From a virus (Duplodnaviria > Caudoviricetes): a DNA stretch of 64,000 nucleotides. The notes beneath the pieces are model-generated. The model worked only from the letters and a program-made list of their open reading frames with translations, was not told where the DNA came from and searched no databases. Made by a program: the position numbers and the translations under genes. Below, piece after piece: positions 9,273 to 19,494 of this stretch. Every line of letters starts with the position of its first letter. Within the stretch, counting starts at the first letter, position 1. The stretch lies in IMG/VR virus record IMGVR_UViG_3300011577_000001, one strand, 5' to 3'.

Positions 9273-9514
9273 GGGAAGAACTTCGTGTAGTTGATGTAGG
9301 AGATGATGGGGAACAGGATTGCGTGGAGGACTACCAGACCCATCCAAAGACGGACGATGCTCACCCCACGGTTTTGACGCCAGAGCATTTCGATCTGTGC
9401 CTTCCACTCGGGCCAATCAAAGCCCAGTTCAGCGTGGAAAATACGGAACGAGACAAACAGGAACACGGTAGTCCAAAGGAACACCTTGAAGTAGATTGGC
9501 AACTCAGCAGCCAT
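9269..9514 (-). CDS. small two-TM membrane protein
   Basis: GAGG RBS; two hydrophobic segments. Confidence 0.6.
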   Translation of the reverse strand: MAAELPIYFKVFLWTTVFLFVSFRIFHAELGFDWPEWKAQIEMLWRQNRGVSIVRLWMGLVVLHAILFPIISYINYTKFFP

Positions 9515-9565
9515 TTTCTTTTTGCTTCCTCAAGCATAGAAGGGCTCCCGAAGGAGCCCATAAGG

Positions 9566-10048
9566 TTATTTGGCGAAGTCGAACAGACCAATCCAGTACC
9601 AGAACAGACCGATACCGATGCTCACCATGTAGAACGTGTTGTAAGTCTTCTGGTCGACTGTCTTGAAATCACCAATAGCTTCACGCACCGCCCAGAACTG
9701 TTTCCAGCGAGGACGTGGGTGGTAGCTGACGCCTTGCTTCTTGGCAATGAGATAACGGTACCCGCAGGCTAAGAGCAAATACCAGAGACACGACGACACG
9801 GCTGCTGCGGTGAGCGCGCCGCCAGAAAACGCCATACCGAACATCAGACCATGAAGACCGCACCACCACATCAACTCCAGGGTGACTTTGATCAATGCTT
9901 TGTCTTTAAAGCAGGGCCAGCTACCTTTGATAATCTCCAAAGGTTTCCAACCTATAGTTTCGATGCCACTTCTGACAGTCGCGTACACGACAATCACCAG
10001 GGCGATTACAATGCCGCTCAGAACTCCAATTTGTACTGCGTTCATCAC
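9566..10048 (-). CDS. multi-pass membrane protein
   Basis: AAGGAG RBS; about four hydrophobic segments. Confidence 0.7.
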   Translation of the reverse strand: MMNAVQIGVLSGIVIALVIVVYATVRSGIETIGWKPLEIIKGSWPCFKDKALIKVTLELMWWCGLHGLMFGMAFSGGALTAAAVSSCLWYLLLACGYRYLIAKKQGVSYHPRPRWKQFWAVREAIGDFKTVDQKTYNTFYMVSIGIGLFWYWIGLFDFAK

Positions 10049-10069
10049 ATCTCCTTAGATGTTATTAGA

Positions 10070-11005
10070 TTAGCGGTTACCGCGGTTGTCGCCCGGTTCT
10101 TCATCTTCGTCCACCAGATGTGGACAGTCGTCGAAGTTGAACTTCTCGTGAGGCAGCACTTCCTCTTCCTCATCGCCGTCCATGAAGAGAGGGTAATCCT
10201 CGTCTTTCAAAACCTCAGGGTTCTTGTCGAGATGAGCTGCCACGTGTAAGTGGCGGTACAGCGGTGGAATGAATCGAGCGTAGCGCTTAACGATCTCATC
10301 CCCGAGGTAACGACGGAAGTTCCACGTGAACAGATAGTGGGCCAGTTTCTTAACGGACTCAATACCGGCTTCTTTAAAGCTGATGCCTTTGGCTTTATTC
10401 AGTTGGATGACAGCGTGCCAGAACTGTCCGAAAGCGAGATGGTATTCTTCCCAGCTCATCTTCCGAGGATAATGGTCCACCCCTTCCTGGATGTGTTCGT
10501 TGTTGTAGTCCTTCAACAGGTTCTCCAGAGCGTGCAAACACTCGGTGTTTTCGTTGAAGAAATAGTTACGACCAAACTCGGCACCCATCAAGCCATAGTA
10601 ACCAGCGCCAGTTCGAGACAAGACATTCTTACGTGCCTTCTCCTCCTGTTGCTGTTCCATCATCTTCTCGTGGACTTTGCGTTGCTCCATCACCTCTTTG
10701 AGATTGTGTTCCTTCACCACGCACGACTTGGTAATGTCGGCCGGGCCAGGCCACCCCAAGGCTTGCCAGACCAGCGACAAAGCATCATCGTAGTCAACCT
10801 TAAGGTCTCGCCAAACGTGGTGCAGTAAACGTCCCATGAGGGATTGTGAGATGTACATCTTTCCACGGATTTTATCCAGTATCTCTTCTACCGCAGCCTT
10901 GTCGATGTGGGGCTCTAACACCACGTTGCGAAACTTGGAACGATTTACCTTGTGCGACTTACCCGGACGCAGGTAGTACACTGTTGCATTCTTCTTTGAG
11001 CCCAT
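10070..11005 (-). CDS. hypothetical protein
   Basis: 311-aa ORF with RBS. Confidence 0.7.
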   Translation of the reverse strand: MGSKKNATVYYLRPGKSHKVNRSKFRNVVLEPHIDKAAVEEILDKIRGKMYISQSLMGRLLHHVWRDLKVDYDDALSLVWQALGWPGPADITKSCVVKEHNLKEVMEQRKVHEKMMEQQQEEKARKNVLSRTGAGYYGLMGAEFGRNYFFNENTECLHALENLLKDYNNEHIQEGVDHYPRKMSWEEYHLAFGQFWHAVIQLNKAKGISFKEAGIESVKKLAHYLFTWNFRRYLGDEIVKRYARFIPPLYRHLHVAAHLDKNPEVLKDEDYPLFMDGDEEEEVLPHEKFNFDDCPHLVDEDEEPGDNRGNR

Positions 11006-11053
11006 GATATTTCCCTTACAGATAGATGCGGGTCCCCGAAGAGACCCTAAATG

Positions 11054-11797
11054 TTACATGCGTGGAACAGTCACGCCGGTTTGACCCTGATACTTCCCAC
11101 CACGGTCTTTGTACGAGGTTTCGCAGGCCTCGTCAGACTCGAGGAACAACATCTGCGCTACGCCTTCGTTTGCGTAGATCTTCGCGGGCAGAGTAGTGGT
11201 GTTGGAGAACTCCAGCGTCACTTGACCTTCCCACTCAGGTTCCAGCGGGGTTACGTTGACGATGATGCCACAACGAGCATACGTCGACTTACCCAGGCAG
11301 ATGGTCAGCACGTTGCGCGGAATGCGGAAGTACTCAACCGTTTGGGCCAACGCGAAGCTGTTCGGCGGGATGATGCAGACGTCGGACTCGATATCGACAA
11401 AAGCACCCTCGTCGAAGTTCTTCGGATCGACAGTGGCCGAATTGATGTTGGTGAACACCTTGAACTTGTTGCCACAGCGAACGTCGTAGCCGTAGGATGA
11501 GGTGCCGTACGAGATCACCGGATCAATGCGATCATTGAGGACCTGGTTCTTGACGTGCTTCTTGCGAACCTGACCGTATTCGAACGGTTCGATCATTGGC
11601 TTGAAGCCCGTAACGATCGGGTCATTATCTTTCAGCCGCACAGCCCAGAAACGAGCCTCGAGGCTTTCGAGTTGCTCACGGGTGTGGGTGATACCTTCCC
11701 ACGCCGGTTCCTTGACTTCACTGGAACCCGGACGCACGTAAAGCAGGTGGGTTGGTGGAATGGACTTACGGCGAATCCAGCGATCGGATTTTATCAA
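11054..11797 (-). CDS. dcd: dCTP deaminase with N-terminal insertion
   Basis: [66 protein letters not shown]; TTG start with AAGGAG RBS. Confidence 0.95.
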   Translation of the reverse strand: MIKSDRWIRRKSIPPTHLLYVRPGSSEVKEPAWEGITHTREQLESLEARFWAVRLKDNDPIVTGFKPMIEPFEYGQVRKKHVKNQVLNDRIDPVISYGTSSYGYDVRCGNKFKVFTNINSATVDPKNFDEGAFVDIESDVCIIPPNSFALAQTVEYFRIPRNVLTICLGKSTYARCGIIVNVTPLEPEWEGQVTLEFSNTTTLPAKIYANEGVAQMLFLESDEACETSYKDRGGKYQGQTGVTVPRM

Positions 11798-12072
11798 TTT
11801 TTAACTCCTTTAGTAAAAGGTCTTCGATTCAGATTGCTGGTAGAGTAATCGACCCACCGGCAGTTTTCTGGAACATAATGGCCGTTGTTACTTTCGCGAT
11901 CAAGTAGATAGCCCTCTGGCTTTTCACCCATATCGAAAAGAAATTCCTGGAATGAGTCTAGCCATTTTTGACAGACCCTGATTCCTCGACCACCGTAATG
12001 TTCATATTCTGGATTGGACGGATTCGTACACCGGTTGATCATGTTAGCCCAAGCCGCGTAAGTAGGCGACAC
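11794..12072 (-). mobile_element. free-standing HNH homing endonuclease, short or N-truncated
   Basis: TY..W..M..RC.NP....Y.HYGGRGIRVC..W..F..F..DMGEKP....LDR..N..HY.PENCRW; more AT-rich than neighbours. Confidence 0.8.
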
Positions 12073-12199
12073 TTGGCCGCCAACAGAATGACCATGGGTA
12101 ATGCTTCCGTATTTACGATTATGGTCTTGGAAGTGTACAAGATCTGAGTCTTGTAACCGGTGGTGCGGAAAGCTTCCTTCACCGTGTCAACCAGTTCTT

Positions 12200-12364
12200 C
12201 TACCGTGGTTTCGCTCCCCTTGCAGCAGCCATCTTCTTGTACTTCTCAATCATGGGAAAGAGATTGTTCTTGTGGCGCAGACCTAAGCGTTCACAACGCT
12301 TGACTTTTGCCTCTTCCTTCTTGATAGCTTTCTCAAGCTTTTCCAGTTCATCATCGCCACCCAC
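12200..12364 (-). CDS. small basic hypothetical protein (54 aa, absent from ORF track)
   Basis: AGGAG RBS 7 nt before GTG; MGGDDELEKLEKAIKKEEAKVKRCERLG...; early-promoter-like motif upstream. Confidence 0.65.
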   Translation of the reverse strand: MGGDDELEKLEKAIKKEEAKVKRCERLGLRHKNNLFPMIEKYKKMAAARGAKPR

Positions 12365-12393
12365 AAGAATTCTCCTAATGGTATTGCCAGTCT

Positions 12394-12424
12394 ATAATCT
12401 AGATCTGAGATATTTTTTATTACC
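12394..12424 (-). promoter_or_regulatory. putative early promoter
   Basis: AAAAAATATCTCAGATCTAGATTAT matches the motif at 31588, 50550 and 53605. Confidence 0.55.
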
Positions 12425-12508
12425 GCCTCAAGGGTATGTAAGAAATTATCGTATTGTATGTTGGACCCAAGATTGTCCACCTGCAACGTCCCTTTGAAGA
12501 GAGCGATC

Positions 12509-13042
12509 ATGACTGATTTAACCAAAGCCCCCAACCAGGTCATTATCGACCTGATCAATGCCGACAACGCGCCCCTGGCACTCACCGCCGAACTGGTAAC
12601 CTTCGGTCTTCCGACCGCAGCTACCGGCGAGAACCCGGCCAAAAACACCGAACTGACTGTTTCTGCTGCCGAAGGTAGCGGTTACTCTGGCTCGGTCGTC
12701 GTCACGTACAACCGTATTGCACTGTCGACCATTCCGACTATCGCCGCTGCACCTGCCGAGTTCCAACTCGGTAACGCTACCACCCTCAAGGATCTGATCC
12801 CCGAATTCAATGCCAAGTACGGCGTCAATCTGACCGACGACGATTACGTCGACGCTCCGATCCCGGAATTCACCGGTGAGCTGAACGAAGAGCACACTGT
12901 CCAACTCGTCGCCAAGGCCGACTCGCTGATTTACATCGGCTCCGTCGACATCGTGATCAAGGGTGCTGACATCCCGCTGGCTTCCGTCCTGACCAACACC
13001 GCTCTGAACGGTCTGGTCTACGAAGCACCAGTGGCTCCGTAA
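12509..13042 (+). CDS. virion fibre-like protein, paralogue family 1 (single domain, probably abundant)
   Basis: LIN..N, GYSGS..V.YNR..L, N..YG.NL, A..DSL.YIG, L..VL....LNGL.Y; strong codon bias; own terminator. Confidence 0.7.
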   Translation: MTDLTKAPNQVIIDLINADNAPLALTAELVTFGLPTAATGENPAKNTELTVSAAEGSGYSGSVVVTYNRIALSTIPTIAAAPAEFQLGNATTLKDLIPEFNAKYGVNLTDDDYVDAPIPEFTGELNEEHTVQLVAKADSLIYIGSVDIVIKGADIPLASVLTNTALNGLVYEAPVAP

Positions 13043-13056
13043 GAAACCCTGACGCT

Positions 13057-13091
13057 GAGCGGAGGAGGGGCTTCGGCCTCTCCTCCGTTTC
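13057..13091 (+). terminator. intrinsic terminator
   Basis: GAGCGGAGGAGGGGC-TTCG-GCCTCTCCTCCGTTTC. Confidence 0.75.
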
Positions 13092-13129
13092 TGCTGTTTT
13101 AAAGCACTTCGACTTCCAGGAGTTACACA

Positions 13130-13924
13130 ATGAACCTCTTACCGGGATCGTCCGAAGCTGCGCTGCTCGAACTCGTCAATCAGGCCAACAATCTGGCTCA
13201 ACCCCTCGTCGAAGGGGACTTGTACTTTGGCAAAGTCAAGGCTTTGTCGGGCGGGCTGGTTGAGATCCCTGCTGTAACGATGTATGACAGCGCGTATGAG
13301 GGCTACGTCAAGTTCCGATACCAGCGCCTGAGTCTCGCTAAAGCATTCGGCACTATCCGACCGCAACTGCGCGACATCGGTTACCCCACCCTCCATCAAC
13401 TGTTACCTGTCATCAACAAGAAGCTTGGGATCAATCTCGAGCCTGTTGACGTAGTCGATGTCAAATTCGACTGGTTGGGTAACAACGAACAACTGAACAT
13501 CCAGATCACGGCATCAACTGAGTCCTTGGGCTATGAAGGTTCTTTCATCATTACCTTCACCCGCGTTCGACCCATGTTGAACAAGGTGCTGACTGCCACT
13601 TCGTTGGATGTATTGAAACACCACACCGCTCCAGTGGAAAATAAACTTTCCCTGGCAATGGCAACTTACTCGATCGACTTCACTGACGAGAAGGGTTCGT
13701 TACAAATCTACGCCCCGTACAGTTACTGGTACGACACTGGTAAAACCCGAGCCATGTTGGCTACGTATGGTTTCCCGAACTGGCCTCAAGCACAGATCGG
13801 TACGCTTAAGTGGGGGCTGACCTCCAAGTTCCCAGAAGCGAACCAGAACTTCAAGAACGTAATCATCCATCCTAATCCGAACATCGCGGGTTACACGGGT
13901 GACGCTTACCTCCACTACAACTGA
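13130..13924 (+). CDS. virion fibre-like protein, paralogue family 1
   Basis: YEG...RYQRL.L, SLGYEG, YSIDFT, C-terminal YLHYN. Confidence 0.7.
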   Translation: MNLLPGSSEAALLELVNQANNLAQPLVEGDLYFGKVKALSGGLVEIPAVTMYDSAYEGYVKFRYQRLSLAKAFGTIRPQLRDIGYPTLHQLLPVINKKLGINLEPVDVVDVKFDWLGNNEQLNIQITASTESLGYEGSFIITFTRVRPMLNKVLTATSLDVLKHHTAPVENKLSLAMATYSIDFTDEKGSLQIYAPYSYWYDTGKTRAMLATYGFPNWPQAQIGTLKWGLTSKFPEANQNFKNVIIHPNPNIAGYTGDAYLHYN

Positions 13925-13941
13925 TCCTTAGAGGTGTCGTA

Positions 13942-14775
13942 ATGGCTCTTTATAAGACACCGAAGGCTGCGATCATTGGTTCGATCAAAGCGTTGAACGG
14001 TGGCGTGACTCTGATTGAGTCCGAATACGTCTTCGGTAATCCCACTCCAGTAACCCCTGCGAGTGACGGAACCAATACCACCATCCTGATCTCCGCCAAA
14101 GATGCTGCCAGTACCTTTGACGGGTCGGTGACGGTGCGCTACACCCGACTGGATCTGGCAGACCTGCTCAAGCTGGTGCCTGCTAGCTTGGCTCTGGCTC
14201 CAGTCACTACCGTTTGGGAATTCGCCCAAGCGTTCAACAAGACCTATGGCACAGCATTCGAGCAAGGCGACTTGGTTGACGGTCCACTGAACTTGGCGAG
14301 CGGTGTCGGTACTGTGACACTGACTGCTCAGCCTAACTCGTATGGTTGGACCGGCACTGTACAGTTCTCTGTGCAGCCTGGTCGTTTCCAGATGAATCAG
14401 TTGGTGACGGTCACTACCTTGCCGGGTCTGAACTTCCCAGATCCATACGAAGGTAAACCGTTTGGTTGGGCGTATAGCTACTGGCGGAACTTCTCTCCGC
14501 TGGAACCTGTGTTGTCGGCGATCATCTCCGAGTCTGTGGATTGGGAGTCTATTGCCCAGGCACTGACTACCCTGACCAATGACTCCTGGATTACCAATGG
14601 ACAGAACCGCTTCTCGTTGAGTGGGGCGACGTTGGAGTACAACGGTCCGACTACCGGAACTGAACAAGCGAACTCGGACTACGAGAGCGTGATGATCATC
14701 CGTCTGGGTGCTGACTGCTTGGGTTATAGTGGCCGCCTGTTCCTCCACTACACTCCGGCTGAGACCGACATCTAA
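13942..14775 (+). CDS. virion fibre-like protein, paralogue family 1
   Basis: RYTRLDL, SYGWTG, LPGLNFP, LFLHY. Confidence 0.7.
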   Translation: MALYKTPKAAIIGSIKALNGGVTLIESEYVFGNPTPVTPASDGTNTTILISAKDAASTFDGSVTVRYTRLDLADLLKLVPASLALAPVTTVWEFAQAFNKTYGTAFEQGDLVDGPLNLASGVGTVTLTAQPNSYGWTGTVQFSVQPGRFQMNQLVTVTTLPGLNFPDPYEGKPFGWAYSYWRNFSPLEPVLSAIISESVDWESIAQALTTLTNDSWITNGQNRFSLSGATLEYNGPTTGTEQANSDYESVMIIRLGADCLGYSGRLFLHYTPAETDI

Positions 14776-14785
14776 GAGGTGATCT

Positions 14786-15562
14786 ATGGATTCCAAAGAG
14801 AAACTCTTGGGCCTGATTAACGACCTCAACCAACCACAACGCGAACTCAATGATATCAACGTCAAGTTCACTGGGATCGTACCAGCAGACGAATCGGGTG
14901 CTACTATCCTGACCGTTGCTGGTGTTCCAGGTCGCGGTTACTCAGGTCAAGTTGATCTTACGTACAACCGTCTGAACCTCACTGAGATTTTGGATGGTAA
15001 GACTGTGCGCAGTCCCGATGCCTTAAATCCTGACAGCTTCTTGGAGTTAGTGAACAGTGCCTACAATCTCTTCTTGACCGCTATTGACGTCGGGGAGATC
15101 ACCATTCCAGAGTTGGGTGAAGGTGAGTATGCACAGTTGACTCTGGAAGCCAATGAGGACTCCTTGGGCTTTGTTGGTACAGCCACCGTACGGTTGGAAT
15201 TTGGTAAGTCTTGGTTGGATCAGGTTGTAGGCAATCGGAACCTGAAAGAACTGACGCACCCTATAAAAGTCGACTACCGCATGTCAGCTCGTATGATGAC
15301 GTGGGATAAAGACTTCACCTGTATGCGCGATGCTATTGCGTTGACCAAGACCCGTGAGTATACCGATTGGCCTTCGCTCCAAGCTGCGGCGACCTACATG
15401 GGAATTCCTGGGTGGTCTCCTCATTACCTCGTGGACAAAGCGACTTCGGAAATTCCCGACGCTAACCCCGCATTCGATCGCGTTGTGATTCAGGCGGTTC
15501 ACAACGAGGTCAATCTGTTGGGTCCGATCTACCTCCACTACAACGTCCTCGAAGAGATCTAG
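14786..15562 (+). CDS. virion fibre-like protein, paralogue family 1
   Basis: GYSG..YNRLNL, SLGFVG, DFT, YLHYN. Confidence 0.7.
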   Translation: MDSKEKLLGLINDLNQPQRELNDINVKFTGIVPADESGATILTVAGVPGRGYSGQVDLTYNRLNLTEILDGKTVRSPDALNPDSFLELVNSAYNLFLTAIDVGEITIPELGEGEYAQLTLEANEDSLGFVGTATVRLEFGKSWLDQVVGNRNLKELTHPIKVDYRMSARMMTWDKDFTCMRDAIALTKTREYTDWPSLQAAATYMGIPGWSPHYLVDKATSEIPDANPAFDRVVIQAVHNEVNLLGPIYLHYNVLEEI

Positions 15563-15564
15563 TA

Positions 15565-16521
15565 ATGGCCATTTATAAGTTTCCTCCGAAACAAGAGGTT
15601 TACGACCTCATCAACCAGGCGAACCCTGGTTTGACCAAACCGTTGACGGCAACCAACTGTGTGTTGGCTAACCCAGTAGTCATCGCTGGTGCGGTATACC
15701 CCGCGTCGAACTCCTCGATCGTGGTTTCGCCAGCTCCAGGTAACTCGGACTACATCGGCAAACAAACGCTGAAGTACAACCGTCGTGACCTCTCCAAGAT
15801 GTTCCGTGGTATCACAGTCTCGGTGAAGAAATACGCGACTCGTGCTCCAACTGCTGGTAACCAACTGGCCTTCACCATTTACGAACTGTTACCAGACATC
15901 AACCGTCTGTACGGTCTGAACCTGACCGAAGATGATGTCAACACTGGTAACATCCTGCGTGGTAACACACTGGAAGGTGGTCAATACACCACCACCGTGA
16001 CGGTCACCACCAAAGCAACCTCTTTGGGTTACATCGGTTCCTTTGCTCTGAAGTGGTTGAACACCCCACAAAGCTTAGTGGACATGATCACCAGTCTGGA
16101 CCTGGATGGTCGCAAGTATCCTGGTGGTAACCTGTTCGATGAGACCCACCTGCCGATTCTGTCGGGTGAGGCCTATCGTCTGGACTTCTCTCAGACATTC
16201 ATCAACGCGGGTTACACTCCTCCGATCTTTGCAAAAGCAACCATCGGGCTGAACACTACTTGGGGTAACGTCTACGCCGCCGTTGCTGCTGCAATCAACG
16301 CGGCTTCTGGTGGTCGTACGTTCCTGAAAGGTTACGTGTCTGGTGAGAACTACAAAACTCACCCAGGCACCGTGTTGGGTATGACTCACCAGTGTATGGC
16401 TCTGCCCGCACCGGACTTCCCCGAATTGAACAGCCGGTTCTACAACCGCTGCTTGGTTGTCTTCGTCCCAGAAGACTGCCCATGGGCACAGGGTAACCTG
16501 TACCTGCACTTCAACGTCTGA
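15565..16521 (+). CDS. virion fibre-like protein, paralogue family 1
   Basis: YNRRDL, SLGYIG, LDGR, YRLDFS, YLHFN. Confidence 0.7.
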   Translation: MAIYKFPPKQEVYDLINQANPGLTKPLTATNCVLANPVVIAGAVYPASNSSIVVSPAPGNSDYIGKQTLKYNRRDLSKMFRGITVSVKKYATRAPTAGNQLAFTIYELLPDINRLYGLNLTEDDVNTGNILRGNTLEGGQYTTTVTVTTKATSLGYIGSFALKWLNTPQSLVDMITSLDLDGRKYPGGNLFDETHLPILSGEAYRLDFSQTFINAGYTPPIFAKATIGLNTTWGNVYAAVAAAINAASGGRTFLKGYVSGENYKTHPGTVLGMTHQCMALPAPDFPELNSRFYNRCLVVFVPEDCPWAQGNLYLHFNV

Positions 16522-16531
16522 GGACTAGGTC

Positions 16532-17413
16532 ATGTCTAACTACATGCAGCAATCGAAGACCAGTCTTCTGAACTACCTGAACGCCAAGAACGCAACCACG
16601 TTCAAGATGACTGACCTGGTGTTCAGTGCTCCACAAGTTATCAACGGTACGTGGCGCGGGGTCGCTAACCCGCACAACACTGCGGTCCGGGTGTCCGCTG
16701 ACCCATCCAGTATCTTCCAAGGTACGGTAGTGGTCACCTACGATCGTCTCGACCTCGCGTCGATCATCAAGGTGGGTGGTTTCATCATTCGTGCTGACCA
16801 CCCGGACAGCGCTCACGATCTGTTGGACGGTTTAGCGACCTACAACGGACTGAACTTCACTGTCGACGATATCGAAGACAGCCCTGTGACTGACAACGGT
16901 AACGGTACTTACACTGTAACCCTGACCGCTAAGGCAGGCTCTTACGGTTGGATGGGTAGCGTCCTGATCGAGAACTTCGGCCAAGGTGGTGCTCCTCTGG
17001 ACCGTGTACTGTCCGGCAGCGACATGCCTGGTCTGAACTACCCGACGTCTTCGGATGGTGACGTGTACGGTGCTCTGTACCTGTACTCCTACGACTTCAC
17101 CGACTACTTCGACCTGATGATGGATCTGGAAGAAGGGGTACCGTTGACAGCTCAACAGGCTACCGATTTGGCGGCCGCTATCAACGCACTGGACGTCTCG
17201 ACTGGTGCGGGTGCGTGGAACGCCTCGTCTGAACAGGCTGCGTGGTCGCTGCAAGGTGCTGTACCGTTCCTCAACGGTCTCAACACTCCTGATCTGCTGA
17301 CTAACTCCAGCTACAAATACGCTCTGCTGTTGGATCTGCGTCCAGGTGTCACCATGCCGAAAGGTCGGTTGGCCCTACACTACAACGATCCGATTGATAG
17401 CGGTTCCGTTTAA
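16532..17413 (+). CDS. virion fibre-like protein, paralogue family 1
   Basis: YDRLDL, SYGWMG, MPGLNYP, YSYDFT, LHYN. Confidence 0.7.
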   Translation: MSNYMQQSKTSLLNYLNAKNATTFKMTDLVFSAPQVINGTWRGVANPHNTAVRVSADPSSIFQGTVVVTYDRLDLASIIKVGGFIIRADHPDSAHDLLDGLATYNGLNFTVDDIEDSPVTDNGNGTYTVTLTAKAGSYGWMGSVLIENFGQGGAPLDRVLSGSDMPGLNYPTSSDGDVYGALYLYSYDFTDYFDLMMDLEEGVPLTAQQATDLAAAINALDVSTGAGAWNASSEQAAWSLQGAVPFLNGLNTPDLLTNSSYKYALLLDLRPGVTMPKGRLALHYNDPIDSGSV

Positions 17414-17447
17414 CACGTGGGCCTTCGGGCCCTTTTAGGAGATCCCT

Positions 17448-18479
17448 ATGTTAAGGGCTGCTATTGGTTTCGAGCACTGTCCACGTAACGTTGTGGACAC
17501 GTGGATGGCCCAATCTGGTTGGGCAGTTACACGCCACCCTATCTACCCCACTTACGGTAAAGGGTTGATCGTTGACAACGATGGATGGATCACAGTACCG
17601 GATGGGGTTGCTCCTGGGTCTGACTCCTACATTCACATTGACCTGCGTCCGCTGATGGACAGCTCCAGCAAAGCCACGTTGATTGCATTCGGTTATCGGG
17701 CTAAGTTGAAGAAGGCTGGCACCATTCCGGGTTTGGGTAACCTGTGTCTGTGGGGTTCCAACCCGAGCAACGCTGCCTCACACGCACTGGCTACTTTTGC
17801 CAACCTATTCCCAGCGGGTTCAGCAGAGGGTGCCGAGTGCTATGTTGAGATTGTGTTCGATTTGGTTTCGACCTATCGCTACACTTATGTCAACGGTGTG
17901 ATGTTGGGTAGTACGATCTACAACGGACTCAACACTGCGTTCATCAAAGCGGGCGACTTCGGTATCTACTGGTCCCCATGCAATGCAAACAACGCAGGCT
18001 ACGTTGCCATTCGTGACATCTGGGTGACAGACGATCTACCAGGCGATGGTATGACCGGTCGCTTGGGTGACATGAAAGTGCGCCCACTCTCGTTGGCTTC
18101 GGCTATTGGTAACGGTTGGTCTGCCTCTGACGGTGGTTCCCTGTTGGCTGCTTTGACTGCACCTGTCGACAAAGTTAACCCGGCGGTGATCGATTCGGCT
18201 ATTGGCGCCAGTCCACTGGACCTCAAGTTCACGTCGTCTATCCCGAGCAACGAAGTCGTGGCTGGGGTACAACTGATACTCAACTCCAAAGGCAGCAACA
18301 ACACTGCGGTGGCTGATGTTGAAATGGAGCGTAGTGGTGTCGTTACGCCAAAACGTCGAGTCCAGTTGGACACCGTTCTGAAAGGCCGTTCGATGCGTTC
18401 TTGGCCCGTGGCTCCTGACGGTGGTCGTTGGACAAATCAGAAGCTGGCTGAGACCACGGTTAAAATCTACCCAGAGTAA
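17448..18479 (+). CDS. beta-rich (lectin/LamG-like) virion protein, paralogue family 2
   Basis: YVEI.FD..YVNG, RDIWV, LGDMKVRPL, APDGGRWT; shared with 20342 and 21411. Confidence 0.6.
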   Translation: MLRAAIGFEHCPRNVVDTWMAQSGWAVTRHPIYPTYGKGLIVDNDGWITVPDGVAPGSDSYIHIDLRPLMDSSSKATLIAFGYRAKLKKAGTIPGLGNLCLWGSNPSNAASHALATFANLFPAGSAEGAECYVEIVFDLVSTYRYTYVNGVMLGSTIYNGLNTAFIKAGDFGIYWSPCNANNAGYVAIRDIWVTDDLPGDGMTGRLGDMKVRPLSLASAIGNGWSASDGGSLLAALTAPVDKVNPAVIDSAIGASPLDLKFTSSIPSNEVVAGVQLILNSKGSNNTAVADVEMERSGVVTPKRRVQLDTVLKGRSMRSWPVAPDGGRWTNQKLAETTVKIYPE

Positions 18480-18485
18480 AAGTCA

Positions 18486-19490
18486 ATGACCACTATCCGT
18501 AGCCTTCCAGCTTACGCGTTGAGTCGGTCGACCGGACGGGTGCAAGCACGCAACGCCTTTGGTTATGCTCTCATAGATACCAACGGTAAGCTGCTGCGCC
18601 CAGCCGCTGATACTGACTACCGCAAACCTGAGACTCAGTTGCTCAGAGAACTGGTTATCCGCGCCAACCCTGACGCGGCTTCCACCCTCGATTCCGGTCA
18701 GGTTGTCTATGAGACCCCGACCGCAATCCAATACGTCCGTGGTGATGAATCCAACACCACTATCGTGGCCAAGGCAGCACCGAACGCTTTGGATGTGGTC
18801 GGACGACAAACGCTTCGTTATCGTCGGATCGATCTGAGCAAGCTGTTCCGTTACCAGACCATCGAGCTGACTCGCTACAGTAACTCGAACACTTTGCCTT
18901 GGGCTGAGGTTCAGGAACTGTTGCTTAAGCAACACGGCATCAACATCTCGACTGACACCTTTACTGCTGCCAGTCTTACCGCCAACACCGTCGCAACCTT
19001 TACTGCGAAAGCTACGTCCCTGTGTTACATTGGGTCGATTCAAGTGGTGTGGCGTAAAGGTCGTCGTGAAATCAGTGAGATGTTCACCACTGCAACCTTA
19101 GATGGTCGTACGTGGCCGGAAGGTCTGATTCAGTTTGGCGATAACTACAAACCGCAAGGTGAGTACATCGCTTACGACTTCGACTTCACCGACCTGATGG
19201 GTTCATCCTTCACCAGTTGGGGGAACGGAACCATTACGAACAGTGTAAGCGAGCTGGACAAACTAGCCAACGCATTGAAACTCGCCGCACCTCAGTTCAA
19301 CTGGAACAGTGGTCAGGCCTCCGTCGAAAACGTTGGTGGCACTGCGGGTCTGATGTTCAACCGTTACGCCTTACCGAACGCCGTTGCACCAGAAGCTAAC
19401 GGAGCGTTGTATAACCGTGTAGCGATTCTGACCCCGGTACTTGGGGACACATGGTTCTACGGTCGTCTTCTGTTCCACTACAAGGTGTAA
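18486..19490 (+). CDS. virion fibre-like protein, family 1, with two N-terminal R-x4-YAL repeats
   Basis: RYRRIDL, SLCYIG, LDGR, YDFDFT, LFHY. Confidence 0.7.
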   Translation: MTTIRSLPAYALSRSTGRVQARNAFGYALIDTNGKLLRPAADTDYRKPETQLLRELVIRANPDAASTLDSGQVVYETPTAIQYVRGDESNTTIVAKAAPNALDVVGRQTLRYRRIDLSKLFRYQTIELTRYSNSNTLPWAEVQELLLKQHGINISTDTFTAASLTANTVATFTAKATSLCYIGSIQVVWRKGRREISEMFTTATLDGRTWPEGLIQFGDNYKPQGEYIAYDFDFTDLMGSSFTSWGNGTITNSVSELDKLANALKLAAPQFNWNSGQASVENVGGTAGLMFNRYALPNAVAPEANGALYNRVAILTPVLGDTWFYGRLLFHYKV

Positions 19491-19494
19491 GCCC

